From contig OY970309.1 of the NCBI GenBank assembly GCA_963716395.1, positions 96,001 to 160,000 on the forward strand: 64,000 nt of DNA, read 5' to 3'. The position numbers and the translations under genes are program-made. Below, piece after piece: positions 19,695-29,020 of this stretch (positions are counted from its first letter, which is position 1; each line of letters begins with the position of its first letter). The notes beneath the pieces were generated by a model. It made no database searches. It saw nothing but the letters and a program-made list of their open reading frames with translations, and was not told the DNA's origin. The DNA comes from an uncultured Fibrobacteria bacterium (GTDB lineage Bacteria; Fibrobacterota; Fibrobacteria; UBA11236).

Positions 19695-20084
19695 ATGAAG
19701 CCGCTCTACGTCAAATGTCCCCAATGCAAAGAGGTCAGCGAACTCTTCTTGGGCTCTGAGGCGTATATGATTGTGCTGAATTGTCCCTCCTGCAACGTCG
19801 CCTTGATGTATTACTACGGCAAGACCTTCGAAATCGACGAGAGCGAGATGGAGAAAATCCAGGGTAACCTGCAAATGACGACGGTGCAGGGCATCCTCAA
19901 AAGCATCAATGCCCGGGAGCAAGGCAAGCAGGCCGTAGCCGCGGCGCCGGCATCCAGCAGCCATCCTTCGCATAAGGTCGGCGTTCCCGTGCGCGAGAAC
20001 GCCTTTGCGCAGGACGACATCACCAATTTGAAAATAGAATTGGCGCTGATCAAAGACGTGAGCGATTTCGTCAACAGCATTTGA
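19695..20084 (+). CDS. Hypothetical Zn-ribbon protein
   Basis: GGAGGT SD; CPQC...CPSC; amphipathic C-terminal QDDITNLKIELALIKDVSDFVNSI. Confidence 0.75.
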   Translation: MKPLYVKCPQCKEVSELFLGSEAYMIVLNCPSCNVALMYYYGKTFEIDESEMEKIQGNLQMTTVQGILKSINAREQGKQAVAAAPASSSHPSHKVGVPVRENAFAQDDITNLKIELALIKDVSDFVNSI

Positions 20085-20116
20085 ATCCGGCGAACCTTCG
20101 CCCATCTTCCTTTCCC

Positions 20117-22216
20117 TTATTTTTCACGCTCTTTTCCCTGCGCCTCGACCCGGTGGCAGGCGATTCTCGCGCCGCCGGCCAAGGTTCGTAAGGCCGGCAT
20201 TGCGGTTTCGCAGTCGGCGTGGCGCTCGCGCAAATACAACGGGCAGCGGTTGCGAAAGGGACAGCCTTGCTCCAGGCGTACCGGCTCAACGTCGGGATAT
20301 TCGGCGCAAACGGATCGCAGCGTGGCATTTCCCGCGGAAGGGACCGAAGCCAACAGCAGGCGGGTGTAGGGATGGCGGGCGCGTTCCACGGTGAAATCCC
20401 CCACCGGCGCTTCTTCGATCAAATGCCCCATATACAGCACGCCGATGCGGTGGGCCAAGAGTTTGACCAGTTCCAAGTTGTGGGAAATGAAGAGATAGGT
20501 GAGGCCGAGCCGGTTCTGAAAGTCGCGCAGCAGGCCCATGATTTGCGATTGGATGGCCAGGTCGAGGCTGGAAACCGGCTCGTCGCATACCAGCACCTGC
20601 GGCCGGGAGATGAGCGCGCGCGCGATGGTGACGCGCTGCTTCTCGCCCGAGCTCAGGTTGCCGGGAAAGCGATCAGCATGCCCGGCGTCGAGGCGCACCT
20701 GTTCCAACACTTCGGCGATGCGGCGGCGGACTTCCGTCCGCGATAAACCTTTTTCGCGCTCCAGGCCTTCGGCCAAAATGGCCGACACGGTCATGCCGCC
20801 GTTCAGCACGGCTTCGGGGTGCTGGAACAGCATGCGGATTTCGCGGCGCAGCGCGCGCAGCCGCTCCTTGCCGGCGCGGAGCAAATCTTCGCCGCGGTAG
20901 AAGATTTCGCCCTCGTCCGTGGCTTGCAAGACCAGGAGCGCAAGCGCCAAGGTGGATTTGCCCGATCCGCTTTCGCCCACCAAGGCGTAGGTACGGCCGG
21001 CTGCGAGCGTAAGCGAAACGCGATCCAATCCCCAAAACTCTTTGCGGCCCTGATGAAACCGCTTGCGCACGCCGCGCAATTCCGCCAGCGTCCCTGCCGC
21101 GGAAACTGCGGCCGCAGGCCCGGTCGGCGCGGCGGCGGGCGCGTTCCGCCGGCTTTTCGACTGCTCGGGAAAGTGGCAGCGCGCCCAGGTGTGCGCCACC
21201 GCGAATCCGGACACAGCGCCTTGCAACCCGGGCTTGTCGGTCTCGCAACGTCTCTGCTCTTCGGCGTTCAGGCGGCCATACCCGCCGCATTGCGATCGAT
21301 AGGCGCACCCGGGTCCGTGTTCCGGATCGCGCGGCGGCGGACTCTGGGGTTCGCCGAAACGCAAAAACGCCTCGACCAGAGAACCGGTATAGGGATGGCG
21401 AAAGCGGTGCAGCACCTCGTCGGTGGCGCCGCATTCGACCACGGCGCCGCGGTGCATCACGTACACGCGGCTGCATACCTCTTGAATCACCCCGATGTCA
21501 TGCGAGATGAGCAAAATGGAAAGGCCGTATTGCTCGCGCAGACGCCGGAACAATTCCAACAGTTTGGCCTGGGTGGTCACGTCGAGGGCCGTCGAAGGTT
21601 CGTCGGCGATGAGCAGCTTGGGCCGCACGCACAGGGCCATGGCGATCATCACCCGCTGGGCCATGCCGCCGCTGATTTCATGCGGATACAAATCCAGCAG
21701 GGATTCGGCATCGACCAGTCCCACCTCGCGCAGCATGTCGGCCGCCCGCTCGCGCCACGCCGCTCCCACGCCTTCGGCGCGGCGGTGCATGGCTTCGTGC
21801 AGATGTTCGCCCACCCGGAAATACGGGTCGAGCGCGGCGCGCGGCTCCTGAAAAATCATGGCGGCTTCGCGGCCGCGCAGGTCTTGCAGCAACTGCCGCT
21901 GCGCGCGCTCAAAGGCGCCGGCGCGCTTGCGGATCGCGCCCGCCTTTTCGCGCGCGTATTCGCCGCACGGCGGCAGCAACGGTTTGCCGTCGAGAAAGGC
22001 TTCGCCGCGCCAGACGCCCGGAGCGCCGTGCAGCAATCCCAAGAGGCCGGTGGCCAAGGTGGTTTTACCGCTGCCCGACTGGCCGATGAGACCCACGATT
22101 TCGCCGGTTCCCACCTGCAGCGAGACGCGGTTCACGGCGTGCAGATAGGCGCCGGCCGATCCAAAGGCGATGGAGAGGTCGCGCACGTCGAGCAGGGGAC
22201 GATCAGCCGCGTTCAC
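20117..22216 (-). CDS. Opp/Dpp-family ABC ATPase, fused D-F, two HPY/4-Cys C-terminal domains
   Basis: Walker A GQSGSGKT and GESGSGKS; ISGGMAQR / LSSGEKQR; ADEP / CDEP; two HPYT motifs, each followed by four Cys. Confidence 0.92.
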   Translation of the reverse strand: MNAADRPLLDVRDLSIAFGSAGAYLHAVNRVSLQVGTGEIVGLIGQSGSGKTTLATGLLGLLHGAPGVWRGEAFLDGKPLLPPCGEYAREKAGAIRKRAGAFERAQRQLLQDLRGREAAMIFQEPRAALDPYFRVGEHLHEAMHRRAEGVGAAWRERAADMLREVGLVDAESLLDLYPHEISGGMAQRVMIAMALCVRPKLLIADEPSTALDVTTQAKLLELFRRLREQYGLSILLISHDIGVIQEVCSRVYVMHRGAVVECGATDEVLHRFRHPYTGSLVEAFLRFGEPQSPPPRDPEHGPGCAYRSQCGGYGRLNAEEQRRCETDKPGLQGAVSGFAVAHTWARCHFPEQSKSRRNAPAAAPTGPAAAVSAAGTLAELRGVRKRFHQGRKEFWGLDRVSLTLAAGRTYALVGESGSGKSTLALALLVLQATDEGEIFYRGEDLLRAGKERLRALRREIRMLFQHPEAVLNGGMTVSAILAEGLEREKGLSRTEVRRRIAEVLEQVRLDAGHADRFPGNLSSGEKQRVTIARALISRPQVLVCDEPVSSLDLAIQSQIMGLLRDFQNRLGLTYLFISHNLELVKLLAHRIGVLYMGHLIEEAPVGDFTVERARHPYTRLLLASVPSAGNATLRSVCAEYPDVEPVRLEQGCPFRNRCPLYLRERHADCETAMPALRTLAGGARIACHRVEAQGKEREK

Positions 22217-23237
22217 GAAACTCCTGCCGGGCGTTCAGACCGTCGCCCAAATAGAAAAACCCCAGGATGGCCAGAATGATGGCCACGGCCGGGAAAAAAG
22301 TGATCCAATACTGGCCGCTGAAAAAGGTGAGGCGGCTGCCCTCGATGATGTTGCCCCAGGAAACCGCGGGCGGTTTGGTTCCGAATTGCAGATAGCTCAG
22401 CGTGGTTTCGGTGAGGATGGACTCGGCCATGATGAGCGAGAACTGAATGAAGAACACGGCGCGGTTCTGATACCAGAACAAATGCCGCGTCAGAATGCGA
22501 AAGTCTCCCAGCCCGCCTTCTTTGGCGGCGAGAACAAATCCCGTGCGCGCCAGCATACGCACGCGCGTGGCGATGAGTTCCGAAACGCGCGGAATCAGGC
22601 AGGCTCCCAGCACGGCCATGGTGAGGTAAATGTTGGGTTCGAGGGCGCAAATCACCACCAGAATAAGCACCATGCGCGGCATGGAGAGCACCGTGCCGTT
22701 GAACAGTTGCACCGCGCGCCGCCAGCGCCCTTCGTAATACCCGGCCAGTAGGCCCAGGGGCACGCCCAATCCCAACGCCACCCCGCAGGCCACCAACCCC
22801 GGCAGAAAACAATTGCGGGCGCCCGCCACCAACAGCGCCACCATGTCGCGGCCGTTACGATCCGTGCCGAGTACATGCCGGCTGCCGCGCAGCGCCTCGG
22901 CCAGCGCGGTGAGACTCGACACGGGTTGGGGAGCGGCAACGCCGGCGATGGCGTTGAGCATGTCCTGGTTCTCGCCGCCCCGGGAAATGTCGGTTTCCCC
23001 CGACCCCCGGTAGCGCTGCAGCAATAGTTGGCGGCCGGGATCGGTGGTCATCAACTTCATCAGCCAGGGCCAGGCGGGCGGCGCCAACTGGTGCTCCAGA
23101 TCCAAATCATCGGGGCCGTAATGCACCCATTTCGGCCCCAGCGCCGCGCCGGCGGCCAACAGAAACACCAAGCTCCCGCCCGCCAGGATACGGTAACTCC
23201 CCGGTTGACGCCGCCAGGCCGCGAATCCCATGCTCAT
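22203..23237 (-). CDS. Opp/Dpp ABC permease (DppC-like) with ~50-aa insertion
   Basis: QLAPP...HVLGTDRNGRD, FVLAAKEGG EAA loop, ETTLSYLQFG..PP..SWG, FYLGDGL; ATGA overlap with upstream permease. Confidence 0.9.
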   Translation of the reverse strand: MSMGFAAWRRQPGSYRILAGGSLVFLLAAGAALGPKWVHYGPDDLDLEHQLAPPAWPWLMKLMTTDPGRQLLLQRYRGSGETDISRGGENQDMLNAIAGVAAPQPVSSLTALAEALRGSRHVLGTDRNGRDMVALLVAGARNCFLPGLVACGVALGLGVPLGLLAGYYEGRWRRAVQLFNGTVLSMPRMVLILVVICALEPNIYLTMAVLGACLIPRVSELIATRVRMLARTGFVLAAKEGGLGDFRILTRHLFWYQNRAVFFIQFSLIMAESILTETTLSYLQFGTKPPAVSWGNIIEGSRLTFFSGQYWITFFPAVAIILAILGFFYLGDGLNARQEFRERG

Positions 23238-24145
23238 CGCCTCAGGCGCGGATCGATCCACGCCGCCAGCACATCGTTTAAAAGCAGCAACGAACGCACC
23301 ATCACGGCCATCACCAAGGTGATGCCCAGAATCACGGAGAAGTCGCGCTTGAGCGTGGCCTCCCACGACAGCCAGCCCAAACCATGGAAATTGAAAATGC
23401 GCTCCACCACCACCAGGCCGCCGAGTAGCACCGCGATATTGGTCACGGCAATGTTGAAAATAGGCAGGACCATGGAGCGCAGGAAATGCGGCCACAGGCG
23501 AACGCCCCGCGCCCGGGCCGCGCGAATGAACATGGCGCCGTTGATGTTCTGTACTTCGAGCGAAATGAAGCGCACGAACTCGCCATAGGATCCGTTGCCC
23601 AAGGCCAGCACCAGAATGGGCAACCCGTAATACGCGGCCCAGGGCCAGAAGTGAAAAGGGCCTTGGGGCGGAGCGGTGATGTAGACGTGAAAGGCGTTGA
23701 AGGCCACGGCCAGCACGATGTAGCCCAACACGAAGGCCGGGACCGACGACAGGGTGTACACCACCAGGCTGAGCCCTTTGCCCATCGGCGCCTCGGGATG
23801 CAGGCCGCGGTAGACGCCTACGGGCAGGGCCAGGAGCAAAGACATGAACAGCGAGCCGAAGGTGAGCAGCAAAGTAGGCGGAGCGTAACTGCGCAACAGC
23901 GATGCCACCGGCGTGCCATCGATCATGGAAATGCCGAAATCCAAATGCAAACAACCGGCGACCCAATGCAGGTATTGGATGGGCAAAGGCCGATCCAGAT
24001 AGAGCAGGTGGGCGGTGTGCGGGGAAAGGTTGTGGATTTCGGCGATGTCCCCCGGCGTCAAATGCACGATGAAAAAAATCGCCAGCGACACCAGCGCCAG
24101 GGAGCCGATGAAAAAAAACAGGTGTTGGAGCAGAGGGCGGATCAT
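23234..24145 (-). CDS. Opp/Dpp ABC permease (DppB-like)
   Basis: TPGD, LDRPLPIQYLHW..LDFGIS, FIRAARARG, VVERIFNFHGLG, RDF, WIDPRLR. Confidence 0.92.
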   Translation of the reverse strand: MIRPLLQHLFFFIGSLALVSLAIFFIVHLTPGDIAEIHNLSPHTAHLLYLDRPLPIQYLHWVAGCLHLDFGISMIDGTPVASLLRSYAPPTLLLTFGSLFMSLLLALPVGVYRGLHPEAPMGKGLSLVVYTLSSVPAFVLGYIVLAVAFNAFHVYITAPPQGPFHFWPWAAYYGLPILVLALGNGSYGEFVRFISLEVQNINGAMFIRAARARGVRLWPHFLRSMVLPIFNIAVTNIAVLLGGLVVVERIFNFHGLGWLSWEATLKRDFSVILGITLVMAVMVRSLLLLNDVLAAWIDPRLRR

Positions 24146-24218
24146 TTCCGGCCCGCCGGCGCCGAAGCAACCGCGACCGGGCGCCCACCGGCGAAAGCCG
24201 TAAATTGGCGGGGCGGAA

Positions 24219-24635
24219 TCACTGGCTGGATTTTAGAATTTTCTCCCCCATACCGTTTCCGCCTTCGGTGGGCCCCCCGCTTTCCAGGGCTTCATCTTTA
24301 CCTTGGATTTCGCGGCTCATGCGCACGATGATGTTCTTGTTCGCCCCCTTCTTGGGCCGGTAGCCGCGGACGAAGCCGGTGTTACCGTCTTTGTCTTCGG
24401 CGATCAAGGTGTAATCGTTACTGGGAACGACATTGTCGGAAATTTCAAAATCGCCCTCTTTGCCGACGTGCACCGATTCGGTGCGCGGCGACGTGTACAC
24501 CACGATGTCGCCGTTCTCCAGCTTGCTGCCATCGGGTTTCACCACGCGGCCGCTCAGGGTGGTCCCGCAGCCGGCCAGCAACGCAGCGGTGGCGAACACG
24601 GCTGCGAGAAGAGGAATGCGACGCGTGTTTGCCAT
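24219..24635 (-). CDS. Small lipoprotein, carboxypeptidase-regulatory/beta-sandwich-like
   Basis: Lipobox LAGC; TLSGRVV.PDG...GDFEI...YTLIAE. Confidence 0.75.
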   Translation of the reverse strand: MANTRRIPLLAAVFATAALLAGCGTTLSGRVVKPDGSKLENGDIVVYTSPRTESVHVGKEGDFEISDNVVPSNDYTLIAEDKDGNTGFVRGYRPKKGANKNIIVRMSREIQGKDEALESGGPTEGGNGMGEKILKSSQ

Positions 24636-24638
24636 GGG

Positions 24639-26252
24639 TTAATCCCTTTCGTCCTCGGGTATGAACCACTCGTTGATGAACGTGAAGAAGCGGTAGGGAT
24701 GGATGACCGCCTTCTTGACCTTGTTGGCGATGGCGGCATTCTTTTCCAACGTCCACAGGAAGGTATAGGGGCAATCGTCGGCCAGAATCGCGTGCAACTG
24801 GTAATTGAGGCGGCGGCGCACTTCATGGTTGATCGAATTGGCGAACCGATCCAGAAGGCTGTCGACCTTGGGGTTGCTGTAAGAGATGAAGTTGTCGCCG
24901 TTGGGCGCGTTGTTCTTGGAGTAGAACAGCGAGGAGATGTCCGACGAGTTGTCGAACAACCATTCGGCGAAGGTGATGTCGAAGTCGTGCTGGCCTTTGA
25001 CCTCCTCTTTCCACTTCTCGTATTCCCGGTGTTGGAGATCGACTTCGACGCCGATGGCTTTGAGGTAGCTCTGAAAGCGCAGACACACCGACAACCCGCC
25101 TTCATTGCCGCTGTAAATGGGAATCTTGAGTACGAATTTAAGCGGCATGCCGTGGTATTCGCGAATGTGGGTGGTGGGGTTCACGAACATGCCGAGCTTG
25201 TCGAGCATGGCGCGCGCCCGGACCGGATCATAGGGCCACGGCGCCACATCGGGGTTATAGCCCCACGAAGCCGGCGAGAACGGGCCGGAAATCACCTCCC
25301 CTTTGCCGAAGTAAATGTCCTCCAGCATTTTGTTGCGATCGAGGGCCAGGGTGAAGGCCTGCCGCACCTCTTTGATTTTCAGGATGGGGTTGGTGCAGTT
25401 GTAGGCGAAGAAGTCGAAAGCAAGGGAATTGTACGGGATGATCTGGAATTTTCCCGTATTGGCGATTTGGGAAATCTCGGCCGGCGGAACCTCGACCATG
25501 AGGTCGATGGCGTTGAGCAGCAGGCTTTGCACCAGCAGCGACATTTCCGGTTGGTACACCATTTTGATTTCGGAAATATTGGCGGGGGCTTCGTAGTGAT
25601 CCTTGAAGACGTCGAGAACCACGTCATGGTTCTTGGTCTCATGATCGAATTTGTAATACCCGGTACCGATGGGATGTTTGCTGAAATCCGAAAACTTCGA
25701 CAAGGCGGTTTTACCGTTGAACACATGCTCCGGAATGATCTTGAACAAAAAGCGGCGCTCGGGTTCGGCCACGCTGCGGTTGAAGTCGAAGCGGATGACG
25801 TAATCGCCCAGCACGGTCACGCTTTTGACCACGTCGAGCGCTTTGCGGCTTTCGGGCCGCACGTCCGACAGGGGGTTCATGATGCAGTCGTAGGTGAATT
25901 TCACGTCGTTGGCCGTGAAGGGCACCCCGTCGTGCCATTTCACGTCTTTGCGCAGGTAGAAGGTGATGCGCTGGTTGCCGTTGAATACGTTCCATTTTTC
26001 GGCCAGACGACCCTTCACCTCGCCGCGGTAATCGATATACACCAGCGATTCGAACATGAGCTCCGAGAGGCGCAGGGCCGTCTCGTTGTCGGAGGTGGTG
26101 ATGGGATTGTAGGTGTCGGGCAGAATGGGCTCGGCATAGGTGAGCCGGCCGCCCTGGATTCCGGCCGCGAATAGGCCGGTGGCGCAGGCTAAAAGGGTCG
26201 CGGCCAACCGGGTCGCGCGTTCCCCCATATTTCGATGTGTGAAGAACTTCAT
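24639..26252 (-). CDS. ABC substrate-binding protein, family 5 (peptide/nickel)
   Basis: Signal peptide; LAEKW...FYLRKDVKWHDGVPFTANDVKFTY; PIGTGYYKF; VRQAF.LALDR; YDPVRARAML. Confidence 0.93.
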   Translation of the reverse strand: MKFFTHRNMGERATRLAATLLACATGLFAAGIQGGRLTYAEPILPDTYNPITTSDNETALRLSELMFESLVYIDYRGEVKGRLAEKWNVFNGNQRITFYLRKDVKWHDGVPFTANDVKFTYDCIMNPLSDVRPESRKALDVVKSVTVLGDYVIRFDFNRSVAEPERRFLFKIIPEHVFNGKTALSKFSDFSKHPIGTGYYKFDHETKNHDVVLDVFKDHYEAPANISEIKMVYQPEMSLLVQSLLLNAIDLMVEVPPAEISQIANTGKFQIIPYNSLAFDFFAYNCTNPILKIKEVRQAFTLALDRNKMLEDIYFGKGEVISGPFSPASWGYNPDVAPWPYDPVRARAMLDKLGMFVNPTTHIREYHGMPLKFVLKIPIYSGNEGGLSVCLRFQSYLKAIGVEVDLQHREYEKWKEEVKGQHDFDITFAEWLFDNSSDISSLFYSKNNAPNGDNFISYSNPKVDSLLDRFANSINHEVRRRLNYQLHAILADDCPYTFLWTLEKNAAIANKVKKAVIHPYRFFTFINEWFIPEDERD

Positions 26253-26300
26253 GGGATCAGCTGCCTTCCCTTTCCTTGAGGATTCCAGGTTCGCGCATCG

Positions 26301-27713
26301 TCATCCTCCCTTGCGGATGATATGTTCCGGCTCATAGCCGCGCGGCAGGGCGGCGGAAATGCCCTGCATGGCGTAATGCATCTGGCGGCATGCGGGAAAA
26401 TTCTTTTGCAGATGAAACAAGGTTTCCACAATTTCATCATAGCGCATCTTGCTCGTCAGAAAAATCGCGTAGGCATAGTCGCACATGTACTCGGGGTCGA
26501 TTTGATCGATGCGGTTGCGGAACTCGATCTTATAGCCCTTGGCGAATTCCGGAAGCGAGGCCTCAACCTGGCCCGAGGCCATGAGCAATTGCGCGCGCGT
26601 GCGATGGAAAATCGAGCCGTCATTATCGCGCAATGCCCGCTCCGCCAGCCGCAAACCTTTGCCGAGATCCGTGGCCAGAAAGTAATAACCTTCGGCGGCG
26701 TCCCTGAGCTGCCAGGGATCCTGTGCGGCCCGGCCCAGGCTGTCGAGCAAGGCGAGCGCCGCATCGAGCTGGCCCGCTTTCCCCAGCGCCTGGGCGCGCA
26801 CGACCCCGGTTTCCGGAGAGGGTTCGGCGTCTTTCAGAAAGTCCAGAGCTTCGCGATACTGCCCCAACAGCAGACAGGCTTCGGCCACGCCGCGATGGGT
26901 GTAAAACTTCTTGGCCAACTCCGGAAATTTTTTCTCCGCGTCCAGCAGGCGCATGCCGTCCCATTTGGACAGAGCGAGATAACCCTGTGCCAGCGTTTCC
27001 AAAAGCGACGGGTCGTAAAAATCGATCTGGGTGCTGAGCCCCGGGTCTTGCGACATTTCCGGTTTGTCGCAGTCTTGCAATACCGCCTGCAGCGCGGATT
27101 TGACTTCGTCGACTTGCGGCGTGGGCGAGCGGGACAAAATCGACAGGCGGCATCGGCGCGCCCGCGCCGATGTCGCTTTGAGTCCGGCCGGTATCGCGGA
27201 AGGGTCGGCGGCGGAAAGATCCAGGGCCTGCCATTGCGCCTCGTCGGATTTCGGCAGCGGTCCCGGCTTGTTCTCATGCTTTTCGTGGGCCCGAGCGAAA
27301 GCGAGAAACACTTCATCGCCGTCGGGGACCTTATGGCCGCCGCTGCGCTTGGCCTTTTCCAGAGAAGCAGCCGCTTGCGACCACTGCCCTTCGAGGTATT
27401 GCACCTGGCCCAGATAATAGAGGGAAAGCGGCGAAGCGGCGCCCGCCAGCACACCGTGGTAGTACTCATCTTGCAAGGCCAGCGAAAAGCGGTAGAAGTC
27501 GGCGTACATCGATCCCAGTTGATAATAGGACAGCGTCAGGCCCTTGAGGCTGCGAACACCTTTTTCATCCAAGGTGGCGTGTTGCACGTCGGGTTCCCAC
27601 AGCGAAGCGGCTTCATCGTAGCGGTGCCGTCGAAACAAATCGACGGGATCAGGGGTGATCGCCCCCGCCAGAATCGGCAAACCCAGGAGGATTTTAATTT
27701 TTGAAAAGATCAT
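26301..27713 (-). CDS. Exported TPR-rich protein
   Basis: Signal-like N-terminus; YYLGQVQYLEGQWSQAAASLEKA and other TPR-like helices. Confidence 0.7.
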   Translation of the reverse strand: MIFSKIKILLGLPILAGAITPDPVDLFRRHRYDEAASLWEPDVQHATLDEKGVRSLKGLTLSYYQLGSMYADFYRFSLALQDEYYHGVLAGAASPLSLYYLGQVQYLEGQWSQAAASLEKAKRSGGHKVPDGDEVFLAFARAHEKHENKPGPLPKSDEAQWQALDLSAADPSAIPAGLKATSARARRCRLSILSRSPTPQVDEVKSALQAVLQDCDKPEMSQDPGLSTQIDFYDPSLLETLAQGYLALSKWDGMRLLDAEKKFPELAKKFYTHRGVAEACLLLGQYREALDFLKDAEPSPETGVVRAQALGKAGQLDAALALLDSLGRAAQDPWQLRDAAEGYYFLATDLGKGLRLAERALRDNDGSIFHRTRAQLLMASGQVEASLPEFAKGYKIEFRNRIDQIDPEYMCDYAYAIFLTSKMRYDEIVETLFHLQKNFPACRQMHYAMQGISAALPRGYEPEHIIRKGG

Positions 27714-28995
27714 ATTTGCTGAGATCGAGCTTTTGCGCTCCCAAGCGCACGTCGGAACCGATCAGCACCGACGCATAAATTTGATAATTCACCCCGGACT
27801 CGCCGGCAAAAACGATGATGGGCTCATTGGGCAGGCAGTCGACGTCGCGATGAATGCTCGAATTCGTGGTGATGGTGGTGCGGTGGTAGTCGGGGTCATA
27901 CAACCACTTTTCCAGGTTGACGATTTCGAGGGGGTTGAGGCGCGCCGATTCGCGCTTGGCGTACACGAGGGCGCGCGATCCCGGCAGCCACACCGGACCC
28001 GAATACGCGCTGGGGTACACGTTCTCGGCGATTTTCGGCGTCTTTCCATGCAGGTCGGCCACTTCGACCAGATGGCCCTGGGGATCGATTTTAAGCTGCA
28101 TCACGCCGATGTCGACCACGCGGTCGTTCATGTCGTTGGAAATTTGATAGGCCACGAAATGCCCGTCGAACGACCAGGAGGGATGGCTTTTGTTGTTACT
28201 GATCTGGTTGTTGAAGATCTCGACCTTGCGATTGTTCTTGAAATCCATGAGGGCGATGGTGAACTGCCCGCGCTTCTTGTTGCCACTGGTGCGCATGGTG
28301 TAGGCCAAAAACCGGCCGTCGGGCGAAAAGGCCGGAAACATCTCTTCGCCGGCGGTGCTGGTGAGGCGCTCGAAATCGCTGCGGGGTTCGCGTTTCAAAT
28401 CCTCACCGAAGAACTTGGTCACGTTGGGGATGAAATACAGATCGCCGTCTCCCGTGCGCGCCGACACGAACGCCAGGCCTTTGCCGTCGGGTGTCCAGCG
28501 CGGCGAGGCGTCGACTTCGGGATCGAAGGTGAGGCGGGTGTACTGATCGCTGCCGATGCAGCCCAGGTAAATATCGTGGTTGTTCACGCCGCCGGCGCTG
28601 ACGAAGGCGAAATATTGCTTCCCGTCGTACAGCACCGGATCCCATTCCAACTCGTCTTCATATCCCTTGAAAATGCTCTGATCGCCTTCATCGTCCATGC
28701 TCAGGTCTTCAACCTTGTCGGAGATCTTGTGGGGAATGATTTGGGTGATGTTCTTGGTTTTGGCGTCGTACAGCCAAATCTGCCGGTTGTCGCGCACCTG
28801 CCGTACGAAGGCAATGTAGTTCTGCAGGTTGGGGCACATCTTGGGATGAAACAATTGTCCGCTGATCTTGGGGTTGTCGCTCGAAACCACCACCACGGTT
28901 TTGACGGCATCGGTGGCTTCCTGCGCGCCGGCGAGAGCCGCCGCCAACAGGATCACCCCCGCCCAAGGGACAACGAATACTGGTGCAATCCGCAT
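27694..28995 (-). CDS. TolB-like (PD40) beta-propeller protein
   Basis: SPRWTPDGKGLAFVSARTG, PAFSPDGRFLAY, PSWSFDGHFVAY repeats; signal peptide; GGAGGAGG SD 9 nt before ATG 28995. Confidence 0.85.
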   Translation of the reverse strand: MRIAPVFVVPWAGVILLAAALAGAQEATDAVKTVVVVSSDNPKISGQLFHPKMCPNLQNYIAFVRQVRDNRQIWLYDAKTKNITQIIPHKISDKVEDLSMDDEGDQSIFKGYEDELEWDPVLYDGKQYFAFVSAGGVNNHDIYLGCIGSDQYTRLTFDPEVDASPRWTPDGKGLAFVSARTGDGDLYFIPNVTKFFGEDLKREPRSDFERLTSTAGEEMFPAFSPDGRFLAYTMRTSGNKKRGQFTIALMDFKNNRKVEIFNNQISNNKSHPSWSFDGHFVAYQISNDMNDRVVDIGVMQLKIDPQGHLVEVADLHGKTPKIAENVYPSAYSGPVWLPGSRALVYAKRESARLNPLEIVNLEKWLYDPDYHRTTITTNSSIHRDVDCLPNEPIIVFAGESGVNYQIYASVLIGSDVRLGAQKLDLSKYDLFKN

Positions 28996-29020
28996 TTGAC
29001 GCATCCTCCTCCCGCCCACC

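Noticed and set aside
23238-24188. 661-aa permease ORF
   Set aside because: Upstream half is an off-frame overlap of the DppB-like gene; real start at the ATGA overlap 23237
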